This document shows positions 26,368 to 35,968 of a stretch of DNA of 64,000 bases, piece by piece; positions within the stretch are counted from its first letter, which is position 1; every line of letters begins with the position of its first letter. The stretch lies in sequence record OR352958.1. The stretch is one strand, 5' to 3'. A program made the translations under genes and the position numbers. Below the pieces are notes generated by a model. That model searched no databases and had not been told where the DNA came from. It was given only the letters and a program-made list of their open reading frames with translations. Origin of the DNA: Escherichia phage AV128.

Positions 26368-27171
26368 ATGAAAGTTGAATTAATTCGATACACCCAAGAT
26401 GCACTTGACCTTTTGCTGGAAACAAAGAACACGCGCATGACTGGTAAGCCTGTCTCTGAGATGACGGAATCAGAGAAGCAAGAGCATTGGCGCTACATGC
26501 TTGATACAATCAAGTCTCCTTTTGACTTTGTGGACTATATCTTTGATATCACAGCTGTATCAAAGAACATGACCCATCAGATGGTACGCACACGCACAGG
26601 CGCATATCAAGAACGCACCAGCCGCGCTCAGGAGTCGTCTGCATTTGATGCGATTCGTCCTGCTAAATTCACTTACCCAGAGGATGATCCAAAGGGATGG
26701 ACTCGCCATGACGAGAAGGCCGCTGAACTGGCAGAGAAGTGGGATGATGCGATGGCGACTATCGATGCTTTGTATCAAGAGCTTCGCGCGGCTGGCGCAG
26801 AGATTCAAGATGCACGTGCCGTATTGCCTTCTAATATGCAAACGCATATCATGGCAAAGTTCAACTTGCGCACGCTGCAGCAGATGGCGTCAAACCGCTT
26901 GTGCACGCGCACGCAAGGAGAGTATCAAGAAGTATTCCGCGCAATGGTTGCGGAAGTCCTCAAGGTGCACCCTTGGGCGAATCCATTACTGCAGCCGCAA
27001 TGCATTGGTATGGGTAAGTGCGCATTTCCTCGTCACGGTAAAGCCCATTGCCCTTGGTATCGTGATTGGATGGATACCACGGCACAGCAAGAAGAGTTGC
27101 GCATCCAGTTTTGGAGTGCGATGCCAATCACCAACAATCCAGTTGCTAAAGATGGAGTATCAAAAGGATGA
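26368..27171 (+). CDS. thyX: ThyX-like flavin-dependent thymidylate synthase homolog (divergent)
   Basis: Segment VRTRTGAYQERTSR resembles ThyX RHR-x7-S-x-R motif with H replaced by T; ARAVLPSN...NLRTL block also ThyX-like. Confidence 0.6.
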   Translation: MKVELIRYTQDALDLLLETKNTRMTGKPVSEMTESEKQEHWRYMLDTIKSPFDFVDYIFDITAVSKNMTHQMVRTRTGAYQERTSRAQESSAFDAIRPAKFTYPEDDPKGWTRHDEKAAELAEKWDDAMATIDALYQELRAAGAEIQDARAVLPSNMQTHIMAKFNLRTLQQMASNRLCTRTQGEYQEVFRAMVAEVLKVHPWANPLLQPQCIGMGKCAFPRHGKAHCPWYRDWMDTTAQQEELRIQFWSAMPITNNPVAKDGVSKG

Positions 27172-28040
27172 GCATTAAAAACAGCGAAATCTTAAACGTA
27201 TTCGACCTTGACGGAACGCTGTTTGATGACCGTTGGCGCTTAGACCGCATCAAGGTGGCAGGTCCGTTGTCAGACTATGATGATTATCACAGCGGTATTG
27301 GTTATGATCAGTTCTATCCTCACATTGCATCAGCAGTAGAGTCGGCATCTCTTCGCGGTGAGGCGGTTGAATATTGGACTGCAAGGCCAGAAAAATACAG
27401 ACAAGTGACTTTTGAACGTCTGGACAATGTTTTTCCTTTTGATGAATTTACAATCAAGATGAGAGACTATGGCGACAAACGTCCATCAACTATTATGAAA
27501 TCTGCATGGCTATCGCACGCATTGCGGCACGGCGATTATCGAATCATCAATGTATTCGACGACCGACAAGACGTACTCGCGCGGATGCAAGATGAAGCAT
27601 TGTATTATAATTCCGTTGCTCAAAATAAAATCTCTTTTACATTTAATCTTTGCAAGGCAGGTGAAGTGGTGCAACAATTAGCAATTGATCCAAGCGCAAC
27701 AGGGCAAGAAGAGACTAAGGCTGTGGAAGTTGAACAATCTCCGGCAACTGCCGCCGATATTCTTGATGCAATGGCAGCAACCTTCCGTGAGCGCAACGCT
27801 GTCTATGGCGATAACGCTGTGATGGTAGGTCAGGTTATGCAAGTGCTTTTCCCTAATGGCGTGACGTTGAAAACGCCGGAAGACTACCACATGTGGCATC
27901 TGTTCGAACTTAAGATTGTCAAGCTTACACGCTTCGCAATCAGCGGCCTGAAGCACGAAGACTCTATACACGATGATGGTGTTTACAGCGCCATGTGTGA
28001 ACGTCTTGTTAACACCCATAATATTAATTTCAATAAATAG
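27168..28040 (+). CDS. HAD-superfamily phosphatase-like protein with extra C-terminal domain
   Basis: VFDLDGTL motif I and VFDDRQDV motif IV-like; C-terminal 120 aa unassigned. Confidence 0.55.
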   Translation: MSIKNSEILNVFDLDGTLFDDRWRLDRIKVAGPLSDYDDYHSGIGYDQFYPHIASAVESASLRGEAVEYWTARPEKYRQVTFERLDNVFPFDEFTIKMRDYGDKRPSTIMKSAWLSHALRHGDYRIINVFDDRQDVLARMQDEALYYNSVAQNKISFTFNLCKAGEVVQQLAIDPSATGQEETKAVEVEQSPATAADILDAMAATFRERNAVYGDNAVMVGQVMQVLFPNGVTLKTPEDYHMWHLFELKIVKLTRFAISGLKHEDSIHDDGVYSAMCERLVNTHNINFNK

Positions 28041-28069
28041 TTTACTTGTGCGTTTCGATGAGTTATATT
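28041..28069 (+). promoter_or_regulatory. sigma70-like promoter (TTTACT-17-TATATT) with conserved leader TCATCGAAACGAA
   Basis: Hexamers read directly; homologous to promoter at 35032-35060. Confidence 0.45.
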
Positions 28070-28105
28070 TATCTCATCGAAACGAAGTCCAAAAAGGATA
28101 AATAA

Positions 28106-28789
28106 ATGAAAAAAGTAATTGTTGTAACTGGCTGCAATTCCGGTCTTGGTAAATCCATTTTTGACACCCTTGGCGCTTACGGTCATGAAGTTGTCGGTAT
28201 TGATTTGGAGAACGGCTATGACATCCGTAACGCGAAACAGATGAAAGAGCTTCTCTCTCAATACGACGTAGAAGGCTTGATCAACTGCGCTGGCGTCAAC
28301 TCCAACAACTGGTTCGAAGATGTTAACTACGAAGAGTTCAATCGCGTTATGCACACCAACGCCTTCTCTTTCGTCAACACGACTCAGGCCGCGCTGAAAA
28401 GTCTTATTGACAACAAAGGTTTTGTGATCAACATCGTTTCCAACGCTGCGCATATTCCTATGACGTCCAGCTTGTGTTATAATGCTTCCAAGGCTGCTGC
28501 GCTCATGATTAGCAAGCAGATGGCTCACGAGCTTACGCCTAAATACGGGATCACGGTATTCTCTATTAGTCCTAACAAGCTACGTGGTACTGGCATGTCC
28601 AAACAGATTGAAGATGCTGTTTGCGCGACTCGCGGCTGGACTCCTGAGTATGCTGCTGAATACCAGAAAAAGGCGTTGATGAATGGATTGGAGACTGAGC
28701 CGCAAGTAATTGCTGACTTCATTCGACATATCTTAATTACGGGCGCATGGCGCTTTATGTCTGGCACTGATATTCCATTTGGTAAATAA
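28106..28789 (+). CDS. short-chain dehydrogenase/reductase (SDR) family oxidoreductase
   Basis: VTGCNSGLGKS cofactor-binding motif and YNASK catalytic motif. Confidence 0.7.
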   Translation: MKKVIVVTGCNSGLGKSIFDTLGAYGHEVVGIDLENGYDIRNAKQMKELLSQYDVEGLINCAGVNSNNWFEDVNYEEFNRVMHTNAFSFVNTTQAALKSLIDNKGFVINIVSNAAHIPMTSSLCYNASKAAALMISKQMAHELTPKYGITVFSISPNKLRGTGMSKQIEDAVCATRGWTPEYAAEYQKKALMNGLETEPQVIADFIRHILITGAWRFMSGTDIPFGK

Positions 28790-28885
28790 ATCACGAACAC
28801 TTGAAGTTATCACACCCGCTCCTGAAAAGAAACAGGACGAAGACAACACAGTAATCAATCAATAATATTTAATTAAGGAAACAAA

Positions 28886-29437
28886 ATGCCACATTTTAAA
28901 ATTGAACAAATCGCCCTGTCAATTCCAGATGCTCAGCGCGCACAGGATTTCTTGGCTAAAATTGGTCTGACAGAGTGGTTCCATGATCACGTTGTTGCTA
29001 CTGGTCGCGTATTTGAAGCTGATGAATTCAAAGGTCAGCGTGGATATTGCACCAATGAAGCTGACTTGCGCTTCAATTATCAAGCTGGAAACGGAACTGA
29101 TGGCGGCGCTGGTAAGCCTCTTGAGCTTGAAATCCTTGACTACACAAAGGGGTGTAACTGGATCAGCGAAAACATTGAAATGCTCGATGCGCACGACAAT
29201 CAGGTTAGCCATCTTGGTATGCACGTGACTGCCGCTGAACTTGCTGAATGGCGCAAGTTCTTTAAAGAAGAAGGCATTCAGGTTGCGCAGGAAGTTGTGA
29301 CCGGCTCTCACACCAACCCAAACATTGCTGGTCAGCGTCGTTACAACTATGTGATCTTTGATACGCGTGAAATCATTGGTGTTGACCTTAAGTTCATCGT
29401 GCGGTTGAATCAAGACGGTACTCCGTACACTGTATAA
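28886..29437 (+). CDS. possible glyoxalase/VOC-fold protein
   Basis: N-terminal pattern loosely resembling VOC fold; weak assignment. Confidence 0.35.
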   Translation: MPHFKIEQIALSIPDAQRAQDFLAKIGLTEWFHDHVVATGRVFEADEFKGQRGYCTNEADLRFNYQAGNGTDGGAGKPLELEILDYTKGCNWISENIEMLDAHDNQVSHLGMHVTAAELAEWRKFFKEEGIQVAQEVVTGSHTNPNIAGQRRYNYVIFDTREIIGVDLKFIVRLNQDGTPYTV

Positions 29438-29453
29438 CGAATCGTGAATCTGT

Positions 29454-29478
29454 GGCCGTCCTAATGGGCGGCCTTTTT
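29454..29478 (+). terminator. Rho-independent terminator
   Basis: Stem ggccgtcc/gggcggcc (one G-U), loop taat, T5 tail. Confidence 0.6.
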
Positions 29479-29491
29479 GTAGGAGGCCAAT

Positions 29492-30034
29492 GTGTTATTT
29501 CTCCCTTATGACTTCGAAACAACCGGATTAACCGTGCACCCGAAAGCGCCGCTTGGGATGCAGCCGCGCCCTATTGAATTTGCAGGCCTGTTGACGGACG
29601 GCAAAGAGATTCTTGAAACGTTCGAGTTCATAATTAATCCTGAAATTGTGATTGAAGAAATCATCACAAAGATTACCGGATTAACAAATGAAGACCTTGA
29701 GTGCAATCCACCATTCATCCATTTCGTTCCGCAACTAAAAGAAATATTCAAGAAGACGGATGCAACTATAGCGCACAACCATGCGTTTGATAAAAACATT
29801 CTTGACTATGCATTACAGCGCGAAGGTCTTACACTTGGTGATGTTAATTTTCCAGAAATAAACATTTGTACAGTAGAGCAAACCTTGCCTATTTTTGGCC
29901 GAAGAGTTAAGCTTCAAGAGCTGTATGAATTATATTTCGGAAAATATGAACAGAAACACCGTGCATTAGACGACGTAATATTGCTGCACAAAGTTTGCCA
30001 ACAAATTGGCGTATATGACATCTGGAGCAAATAA
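29492..30034 (+). CDS. DnaQ-like 3'-5' proofreading exonuclease (DEDDh)
   Basis: Exo motifs DFETTG, HNHAFD, HRALDD; GTG start with AGGAGG RBS. Confidence 0.75.
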   Translation: MLFLPYDFETTGLTVHPKAPLGMQPRPIEFAGLLTDGKEILETFEFIINPEIVIEEIITKITGLTNEDLECNPPFIHFVPQLKEIFKKTDATIAHNHAFDKNILDYALQREGLTLGDVNFPEINICTVEQTLPIFGRRVKLQELYELYFGKYEQKHRALDDVILLHKVCQQIGVYDIWSK

Positions 30035-30188
30035 TATGTGGATTCTATTAATATTGGCAATCGGTGGCACAACCATTTCGCCACATCCAATTGAGTTCAA
30101 ATCACAAAATGCTTGTGAAATTGCAAAGGAAAAGGTTGAACGTAATTCTTCAAGCTATACAAATGTAATTTGCGTATCAAAGGAATAA
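30035..30188 (+). CDS. small hydrophobic N-terminus protein (51 aa)
   Basis: ATG at 30035 with GGAG upstream; track ORF starts 30006. Confidence 0.3.
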
Positions 30189-30191
30189 CAT

Positions 30192-33089
30192 ATGTTTCCA
30201 CAATTGAGAGTTCGCAGCGGTTACACGTTCAAAGAAGTATATGGACGGCATCCTGAAATTATAGCACGGCTCAAAGAGTTGGGCTGCGAAGTCGCGGCAT
30301 TAGTTGATAACAATACATGGGGTCACGTCCGATGGGAAAAGGAATGTCAGAAGAATGATATCAAGCCTGTGTTCGGCATGGAGATTCCAATCATCGACCC
30401 TGATGCAGACCCGAAAAAGGGATTCAAACCGAAGGCTTGGATATTGGCTCTTGACCTGAAATCCTTTTACAATGCGACCACGCTTGCAACACAACGCGGC
30501 GGACTGACCCGTGCAGAGTTCGGGGCGCTCGATGGAGTCATTAAATTCTGTGGCGGTGCCGTGGAGTTGCTGCGACCAGAGGACTACGATTATATAGACG
30601 TCAACCCATCATCGTTCCTTTTGGCCAAGCGCCAGGTATTGGCTCACCGCAGCAACGGAAGGCCGCTTGTTTTAACCGGATACAACCACATGCCTTCACC
30701 TGCGCACGTTGACTTTGCTTATGCTTGGGAAGTTCGCGACACGGTTAAGCCGCACTGCATCGTTGACGCGGAAGACTTGCGCAAACAGCTTAAAGGAATC
30801 CTGACCGAAGATGAGTTGAATCAAGCAACGGCCAATGCGGTTGACATTGCAAACGGAATCGTGGGACTTGACCTGAAGCTGCGCAAGGCACCGATTATCC
30901 ACCTTGCTGGTGACATGGTAAAACTTGCTCGCGAGGGGATGGAGTACCGCCTTAAGGCAGGTCACATCAAAGAATGGACTCAGGAATATGAGGACCGATT
31001 CAACGAAGAGATTCACCAGATTCAGCTGAAAGATTTCGACTCATACTTTCTGGTGGTAGCGGACCTTGTTCGATTCGCAAAAACAAAAATGCTCGTCGGA
31101 CCCGCTCGCGGCTCATCGGCTGGTTCACTGGTTTGTTATTGCCTCGGCATCACGGAAGTCGACCCAATCCCGTATAAGCTGCTATTTGCCCGATTCATCG
31201 ACGTAAGCCGCGCCGACCTTCCTGATATTGATATTGACTTTGAGGATACCAAACGCTATATGGTGTTTGATTACCTTAAAGAAAAATACGGCGAAATGAA
31301 CGTTGCAAAGCTTGGCAACATCAACACGCTTAAGGCCAACTCAGTAATGGCTCAGGTTGGTAAGAAGTTCAACATTGGCTATCACGAAACGGCCAACATT
31401 AAAAACGCATTGCTTGAATACTCATCCGGTGACGCCCGTTATGGTCACGGCCTGGAGGATACCTTTGCAACAACGACCACGGGTCAAGAGTTCGTGGCGA
31501 AATATCCTGATGCCGCGCGTTGCATGGGCGACCTTGAGATTCACCCGTCCCACACAGGGGTGCACGCAGCGGGAATCATTGTGTGTAATGACCCAATCTC
31601 TGATTACTGTACTGTAACTGCAGAAGGGATTGCGCAAATCGATAAGCCTGACAGCGAATACCTTAACCTTTTGAAGCTTGATGCACTGGGCCTTCGTACT
31701 CTCGGCATTATTTCTGATACAGGCGTTATTGATGCTGAAACGCTTTACGGAATCAAGCTTGATGATCAAAGCGTACTTGACATTCTTAACGAAAACAAGA
31801 TGTCAGGCATCTTCCAGTTTGAAGGTGACGCTGTACGCTCAGTAACAAACTTTGTGCACGTCGACAACTTTAACAAAATCGACAACCTGACAGCTTTGGG
31901 TCGACCTGGCCCGTTGTCATCCGGTATGGCCCAGAAATACATTGAACGCGCGGCAGGGCGTGCGCCGATTGAATACGACGTGCCGCAGCTTGAGCCGTAC
32001 TTAAAAGAGACTTACGGAGTGTTTCTTTACCAAGAGCAAATCATGGCCGTGGTTAAAGAGATTGGTTCATTTGACTGGGCGAAAACGTCCGCTGTACGTA
32101 AGGCAATGTCAGGCCGTAAGGGTGAGGAATACTTCAACAAGCTTGGCGAGGACTTCGTTGCAGGCGCAATAAATAACGGCGTACCGGAAGCGGATGCAAG
32201 AAAGCTTTGGCAAGCAATGGCTACGTTCGGGTCATGGGGCTTTAACAAGTCGCACTCCGTGTCATACGCGGTCGTGACCTACTGGACATTGTGGCTTAAG
32301 CGACACTACCCGTTGGAATTTGCCGCTGCCTGCTTACGCGCTGCTAAGGACGAAGACCAGACGATTGCGATATTACGTGAACTTGCGAAGGAAGGCGTGG
32401 ATTACGTTCCAATCGACCCTGATCACTCTTCAATGAACTGGACAATCGCGAACGGAAAGCTAATCGGCGGCATTATGAACGCGAAAGGGTACGGAATGGT
32501 GAAGGCGATGAAGTACATCGAAGCGCGTGAAGCCGGAACCTTAACGCAGAAGCAAAAGGACGCATTGGCCAATGCTGAAGTAAAATATGGCGACCTTACA
32601 GAGATGCACACAAAGTTCGGCTGGGCGTATAATGACCCGTATCTGATTGGTGTGACGTCCGGCGCTTCAATACGCCAGATGAAGGAAGTCGGTGATGACG
32701 AGCGCGCAATAGTAATCGGCAAGTTGACAAAGAAAGTGCTTGCGGACGAGAACGAAGCAACACGCATCCGTAAACGACTTGAGCGCGGCATCTATACAAA
32801 GCACGGCAAGCTTAAAAAGGGTCTTCAAGCTGATGGCCGCTACGCAGAGTTTGACCAGTACGGGAACAAGCTTGAGACTCAGTTCATCGACCTTATGTGC
32901 AAAGACGACTCGACCGACTCGCCAATGCGCTTCAGGATTCGTCCAGAGAAGTTCCAGAAGTACGGGAAGTACATCGCTGAAAACGTCGGGAACGGCGCAT
33001 TCTTCCTGATGAAAGGTCGTAAGCTTGAAGGCATTGACATGTTCATCGTTGACGTGATCAAACAGGTGTATCCAGATGGCAACAAATAA
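30192..33089 (+). CDS. dnaE: DNA polymerase III alpha-like replicase (DnaE family, PHP domain), short form
   Basis: Blocks GPARGSSAGSLVCY, PDIDIDF, RPGPLSSGM, FGSWGFNKSHSVSYA match conserved DnaE motifs; 965 aa. Confidence 0.9.
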   Translation: MFPQLRVRSGYTFKEVYGRHPEIIARLKELGCEVAALVDNNTWGHVRWEKECQKNDIKPVFGMEIPIIDPDADPKKGFKPKAWILALDLKSFYNATTLATQRGGLTRAEFGALDGVIKFCGGAVELLRPEDYDYIDVNPSSFLLAKRQVLAHRSNGRPLVLTGYNHMPSPAHVDFAYAWEVRDTVKPHCIVDAEDLRKQLKGILTEDELNQATANAVDIANGIVGLDLKLRKAPIIHLAGDMVKLAREGMEYRLKAGHIKEWTQEYEDRFNEEIHQIQLKDFDSYFLVVADLVRFAKTKMLVGPARGSSAGSLVCYCLGITEVDPIPYKLLFARFIDVSRADLPDIDIDFEDTKRYMVFDYLKEKYGEMNVAKLGNINTLKANSVMAQVGKKFNIGYHETANIKNALLEYSSGDARYGHGLEDTFATTTTGQEFVAKYPDAARCMGDLEIHPSHTGVHAAGIIVCNDPISDYCTVTAEGIAQIDKPDSEYLNLLKLDALGLRTLGIISDTGVIDAETLYGIKLDDQSVLDILNENKMSGIFQFEGDAVRSVTNFVHVDNFNKIDNLTALGRPGPLSSGMAQKYIERAAGRAPIEYDVPQLEPYLKETYGVFLYQEQIMAVVKEIGSFDWAKTSAVRKAMSGRKGEEYFNKLGEDFVAGAINNGVPEADARKLWQAMATFGSWGFNKSHSVSYAVVTYWTLWLKRHYPLEFAAACLRAAKDEDQTIAILRELAKEGVDYVPIDPDHSSMNWTIANGKLIGGIMNAKGYGMVKAMKYIEAREAGTLTQKQKDALANAEVKYGDLTEMHTKFGWAYNDPYLIGVTSGASIRQMKEVGDDERAIVIGKLTKKVLADENEATRIRKRLERGIYTKHGKLKKGLQADGRYAEFDQYGNKLETQFIDLMCKDDSTDSPMRFRIRPEKFQKYGKYIAENVGNGAFFLMKGRKLEGIDMFIVDVIKQVYPDGNK

Positions 33090-33498
33090 CCGTGAGCAGA
33101 AATACATATTCGTGCCTTTGAAGAAGCATTCAGAATCGGTATTGAAGCTTCAACGAATCGAGTCGATGACTGGTGATGGCGTGCCGGACGTAATCGGCAC
33201 CAACCGGAAAGGGCGCGGCTTTTGGCTTGAAATGAAGTTCTTTGAATCGTGGCCTGCAAGGGCCACCACTGCACCTTTCAGAAATGCATTTGAGAAAGGT
33301 CAATGCAGCTTTCTTTCTTCTTGGAATGATTGGAGATACCCATCATTCGTTTTGCTTAAGGTTGATTCTGAGAAGATGTTTTATTTAGTCCACCCTTCGA
33401 TTGAATTAAAGCGTTATAATACTGCAGACGTTCAACGTGAGATAATCGTGAAGGGAACTATTCATCACATCATCAAGTATTTAGAGGAATTGTCATGA
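33076..33498 (+). CDS. PD-(D/E)XK nuclease (VRR-NUC-like)
   Basis: GVPDVIG...GFWLEMKF resembles PD...E.K catalytic core; next to SNF2 helicase. Confidence 0.5.
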   Translation: MATNNREQKYIFVPLKKHSESVLKLQRIESMTGDGVPDVIGTNRKGRGFWLEMKFFESWPARATTAPFRNAFEKGQCSFLSSWNDWRYPSFVLLKVDSEKMFYLVHPSIELKRYNTADVQREIIVKGTIHHIIKYLEELS

Positions 33499-35018
33499 AA
33501 ACACAAGGGATGCGCCACCAATTATTGGCGCTTGATAAAGCAGGCCGCAGAAAATACTTTGCTTATTTTATGGAGCAGGGCCTTGGCAAAACCTGGACTG
33601 CTTTGGCAGAGTTTGAAAAGCACTTCACCGCTGGCGCGTTTGATGCCATGGTTGTTATCGCTCCAAACGGTGTACACTCAAACTGGATTCGTCGTGAAGC
33701 GCCAGAGCACCTTTCCATCAAGTGGATTGGGCATTACTGGCGCGGCAATGACAAGATGAAGACTAAAAAGGGCAAGGCGCTTTGGGAGAAGATGTTTGCT
33801 GATCACTACCCTGAAGGCGAAGTGCCTGCGCGCATCTTCTCATTCAACATTGACACCGTCAACACACCAGTCGGTTATCAACACATTGAGTCGGTCTTGA
33901 AGAAATACCGCTGTTTGATGATCATTGATGAATCGACGCGTATCAAAAATAACACAGCCAAACGCTCCATCAAGGTTGTAGAATTGGGACGGCTGGCAAA
34001 GGCCCGTCGAATCCTTTCTGGTACGCCGCTGCCACGCTCGCCTGCTGATATTTACATGCAATATCACTTCCTTGAGGCCGGCTTGCTTGGCACCAAATCG
34101 TTCCGTGCATTCAACTCTGAATTCACAGTGCTACTTGAAGCGCACGACCCAGAGATGCAGGCCATTCTCAAGAAAATCGGCGGCAACGGTTATGGCATTC
34201 CGCAAGTGCCGCGCAAAGACCAGTTTGGCCGACCGATGTACAAAAACCTTGACAAGCTTATCCGGCTGATGGAGCCGCACTATTTCCGCGCGACAAAAGC
34301 GGAATACCTGCCGGACCTTCCAGAGAAGGTGTACAAGTTTATCGACTTCGAGTTGTCGCCTAAGCAGCGCGATGTCTATGATGAACTCAAGAATGAGTAC
34401 AACTATCTGATGGAGTATAAAGGAGAAGAAGAAAACGTTAAGTTTGAGATGATCGCATCTCGCACTAAGATGAAGCAGGTGACATCAGGCTTTGTTAAGG
34501 TGTATGATGAGATGGTCTACATGGAAGATAACCCACGATTCACGGCCTTTAAGGATTATGTGGAAGGGGTGTTGGAAGATGACCCAGAGCGCAAATTCAT
34601 TGTGTGGGCCATCTTTAAGGAAGAGATGAACCAGATTAAGGATTGGCTTGAGTCTGAAGGCGTGGTCACTGGTGTATATAACGGTGAAACATCAAAAGAG
34701 CAGCGCGAGTTCTTGATTGATGACTTCCAGAAGAACACAGTTGAGAACGGTGGAACGCAAGTCTTAGTTTGTCACGCTGCAGCGGCAGGCATCGGAATCA
34801 CGCTTACCGCCGCCGACTTGGCAATCTATTATTCTTGCAACTATGACAACGAGCTGCGCAAGCAATCCGAAGACCGAAATCACCGCATCGGCACCAAATC
34901 AAGTGTGTTGTATGTTGATTTTATTGGTGTTGATACCATCGATGAAGAAATTCAGCGATCACTAAGCATGAAATCTATGCTTGCTGATCACATCCTCGAC
35001 GGCAAAAAGATGAATTAA
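33495..35018 (+). CDS. SNF2-family helicase/ATPase
   Basis: Motif I QGLGKT, motif II IIDESTRIKN, motif III SGTPL, motif VI QSEDRNHRIG. Confidence 0.8.
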   Translation: MKTQGMRHQLLALDKAGRRKYFAYFMEQGLGKTWTALAEFEKHFTAGAFDAMVVIAPNGVHSNWIRREAPEHLSIKWIGHYWRGNDKMKTKKGKALWEKMFADHYPEGEVPARIFSFNIDTVNTPVGYQHIESVLKKYRCLMIIDESTRIKNNTAKRSIKVVELGRLAKARRILSGTPLPRSPADIYMQYHFLEAGLLGTKSFRAFNSEFTVLLEAHDPEMQAILKKIGGNGYGIPQVPRKDQFGRPMYKNLDKLIRLMEPHYFRATKAEYLPDLPEKVYKFIDFELSPKQRDVYDELKNEYNYLMEYKGEEENVKFEMIASRTKMKQVTSGFVKVYDEMVYMEDNPRFTAFKDYVEGVLEDDPERKFIVWAIFKEEMNQIKDWLESEGVVTGVYNGETSKEQREFLIDDFQKNTVENGGTQVLVCHAAAAGIGITLTAADLAIYYSCNYDNELRKQSEDRNHRIGTKSSVLYVDFIGVDTIDEEIQRSLSMKSMLADHILDGKKMN

Positions 35019-35031
35019 TATCAAAAATAAT

Positions 35032-35060
35032 TTGACTTGTCATGGAAGATGAGTCATAAT
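35032..35060 (+). promoter_or_regulatory. sigma70-like promoter (TTGACT-17-CATAAT) with conserved leader TCATCGAAACGAA
   Basis: Homologous to 28041-28069. Confidence 0.45.
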
Positions 35061-35092
35061 TACTTCATCGAAACGAAACAGAGGAATACAAA

Positions 35093-35317
35093 ATGGTACG
35101 CATCCTTGAACGTTACAAAAATGAAGCTACTGGCGCAATCGCTTTCAAACGTCTTTTGGTCAAAGAAATTGACGGAATGTTTCGCGTTGTTAAAGAGTTT
35201 GATTATGGCAACGGTGCTGGGGTGAATACCGTCATCATGCCTGGAATCAAGGCATATAAAACCTTAAAAGGCGCTGAGAAGGCTTTGGCGGCTTGGAACC
35301 TGAACGTTATCAAATGA
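35093..35317 (+). CDS. hypothetical protein
   Basis: ORF downstream of promoter; AGAGGAA RBS. Confidence 0.4.
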   Translation: MVRILERYKNEATGAIAFKRLLVKEIDGMFRVVKEFDYGNGAGVNTVIMPGIKAYKTLKGAEKALAAWNLNVIK

Positions 35318-35351
35318 CCCGTGTTGAAGGGCTAATGCAAGAAGGTAAAAT

Positions 35352-35909
35352 ATGAGCAATATTAATTGGGAAGATGATTTGCCGCAGGTTGCTCCTGAGA
35401 GCATTCAAGAGCGCCTTGCGCGCTTAGTATCTGAACTGGCAGAACGCCAAGAAGCTTTGACAGAGCTTGAAGATGAAGCTGATATGCAAAAGCAGCGTAT
35501 CAGTGAAATCAAAACTGTTTTGCTTCCTGGCGTTATGGATGAGCTTGGCGTGTCCGAAATCAAGCTTGAGGACAAGACCAAAATCAAGGTCGAGTCCAAG
35601 GTGAATGCTTCAATCAAGAAAGAAAACGAATTAAAAGTTTTCGATTGGCTTGTAAACAACGGTTACGGCGGCCTGATCAAGTCCAGCGTCACGGCTGAGT
35701 TTGGTCGCGAAGAAATCGAACAGGCGCAAGAGATTGTTGCCGCGCTGCGTGAAGATGGTGTTGAAGCCACATTGAAACAAGGCGTTCATTCTGCTACACT
35801 GAAGTCATTTGTAAAAGAACAGCTGGAAGCAGGCAATCCAGTTAGTGAAGATATTAGCGTTTTTGAATACAAAGAAGCTAAAATAACCTTGCCTAAAAGC
35901 AAAAAGTAA
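35352..35909 (+). CDS. hypothetical protein with N-terminal coiled coil
   Basis: AAGGTAA RBS; heptad-like N-terminus. Confidence 0.45.
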   Translation: MSNINWEDDLPQVAPESIQERLARLVSELAERQEALTELEDEADMQKQRISEIKTVLLPGVMDELGVSEIKLEDKTKIKVESKVNASIKKENELKVFDWLVNNGYGGLIKSSVTAEFGREEIEQAQEIVAALREDGVEATLKQGVHSATLKSFVKEQLEAGNPVSEDISVFEYKEAKITLPKSKK

Positions 35910-35968
35910 TTTAACCTTTATCTTGAAATCAGGTTGCCACGAAACTTGATACTATAGGAAAATATCAA

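Noticed and set aside
26645-27178. 177-aa alternative-frame ORF inside the ThyX-like gene
   Set aside because: Arg/Cys-rich frame-shifted translation overlapping a gene with recognisable motifs.
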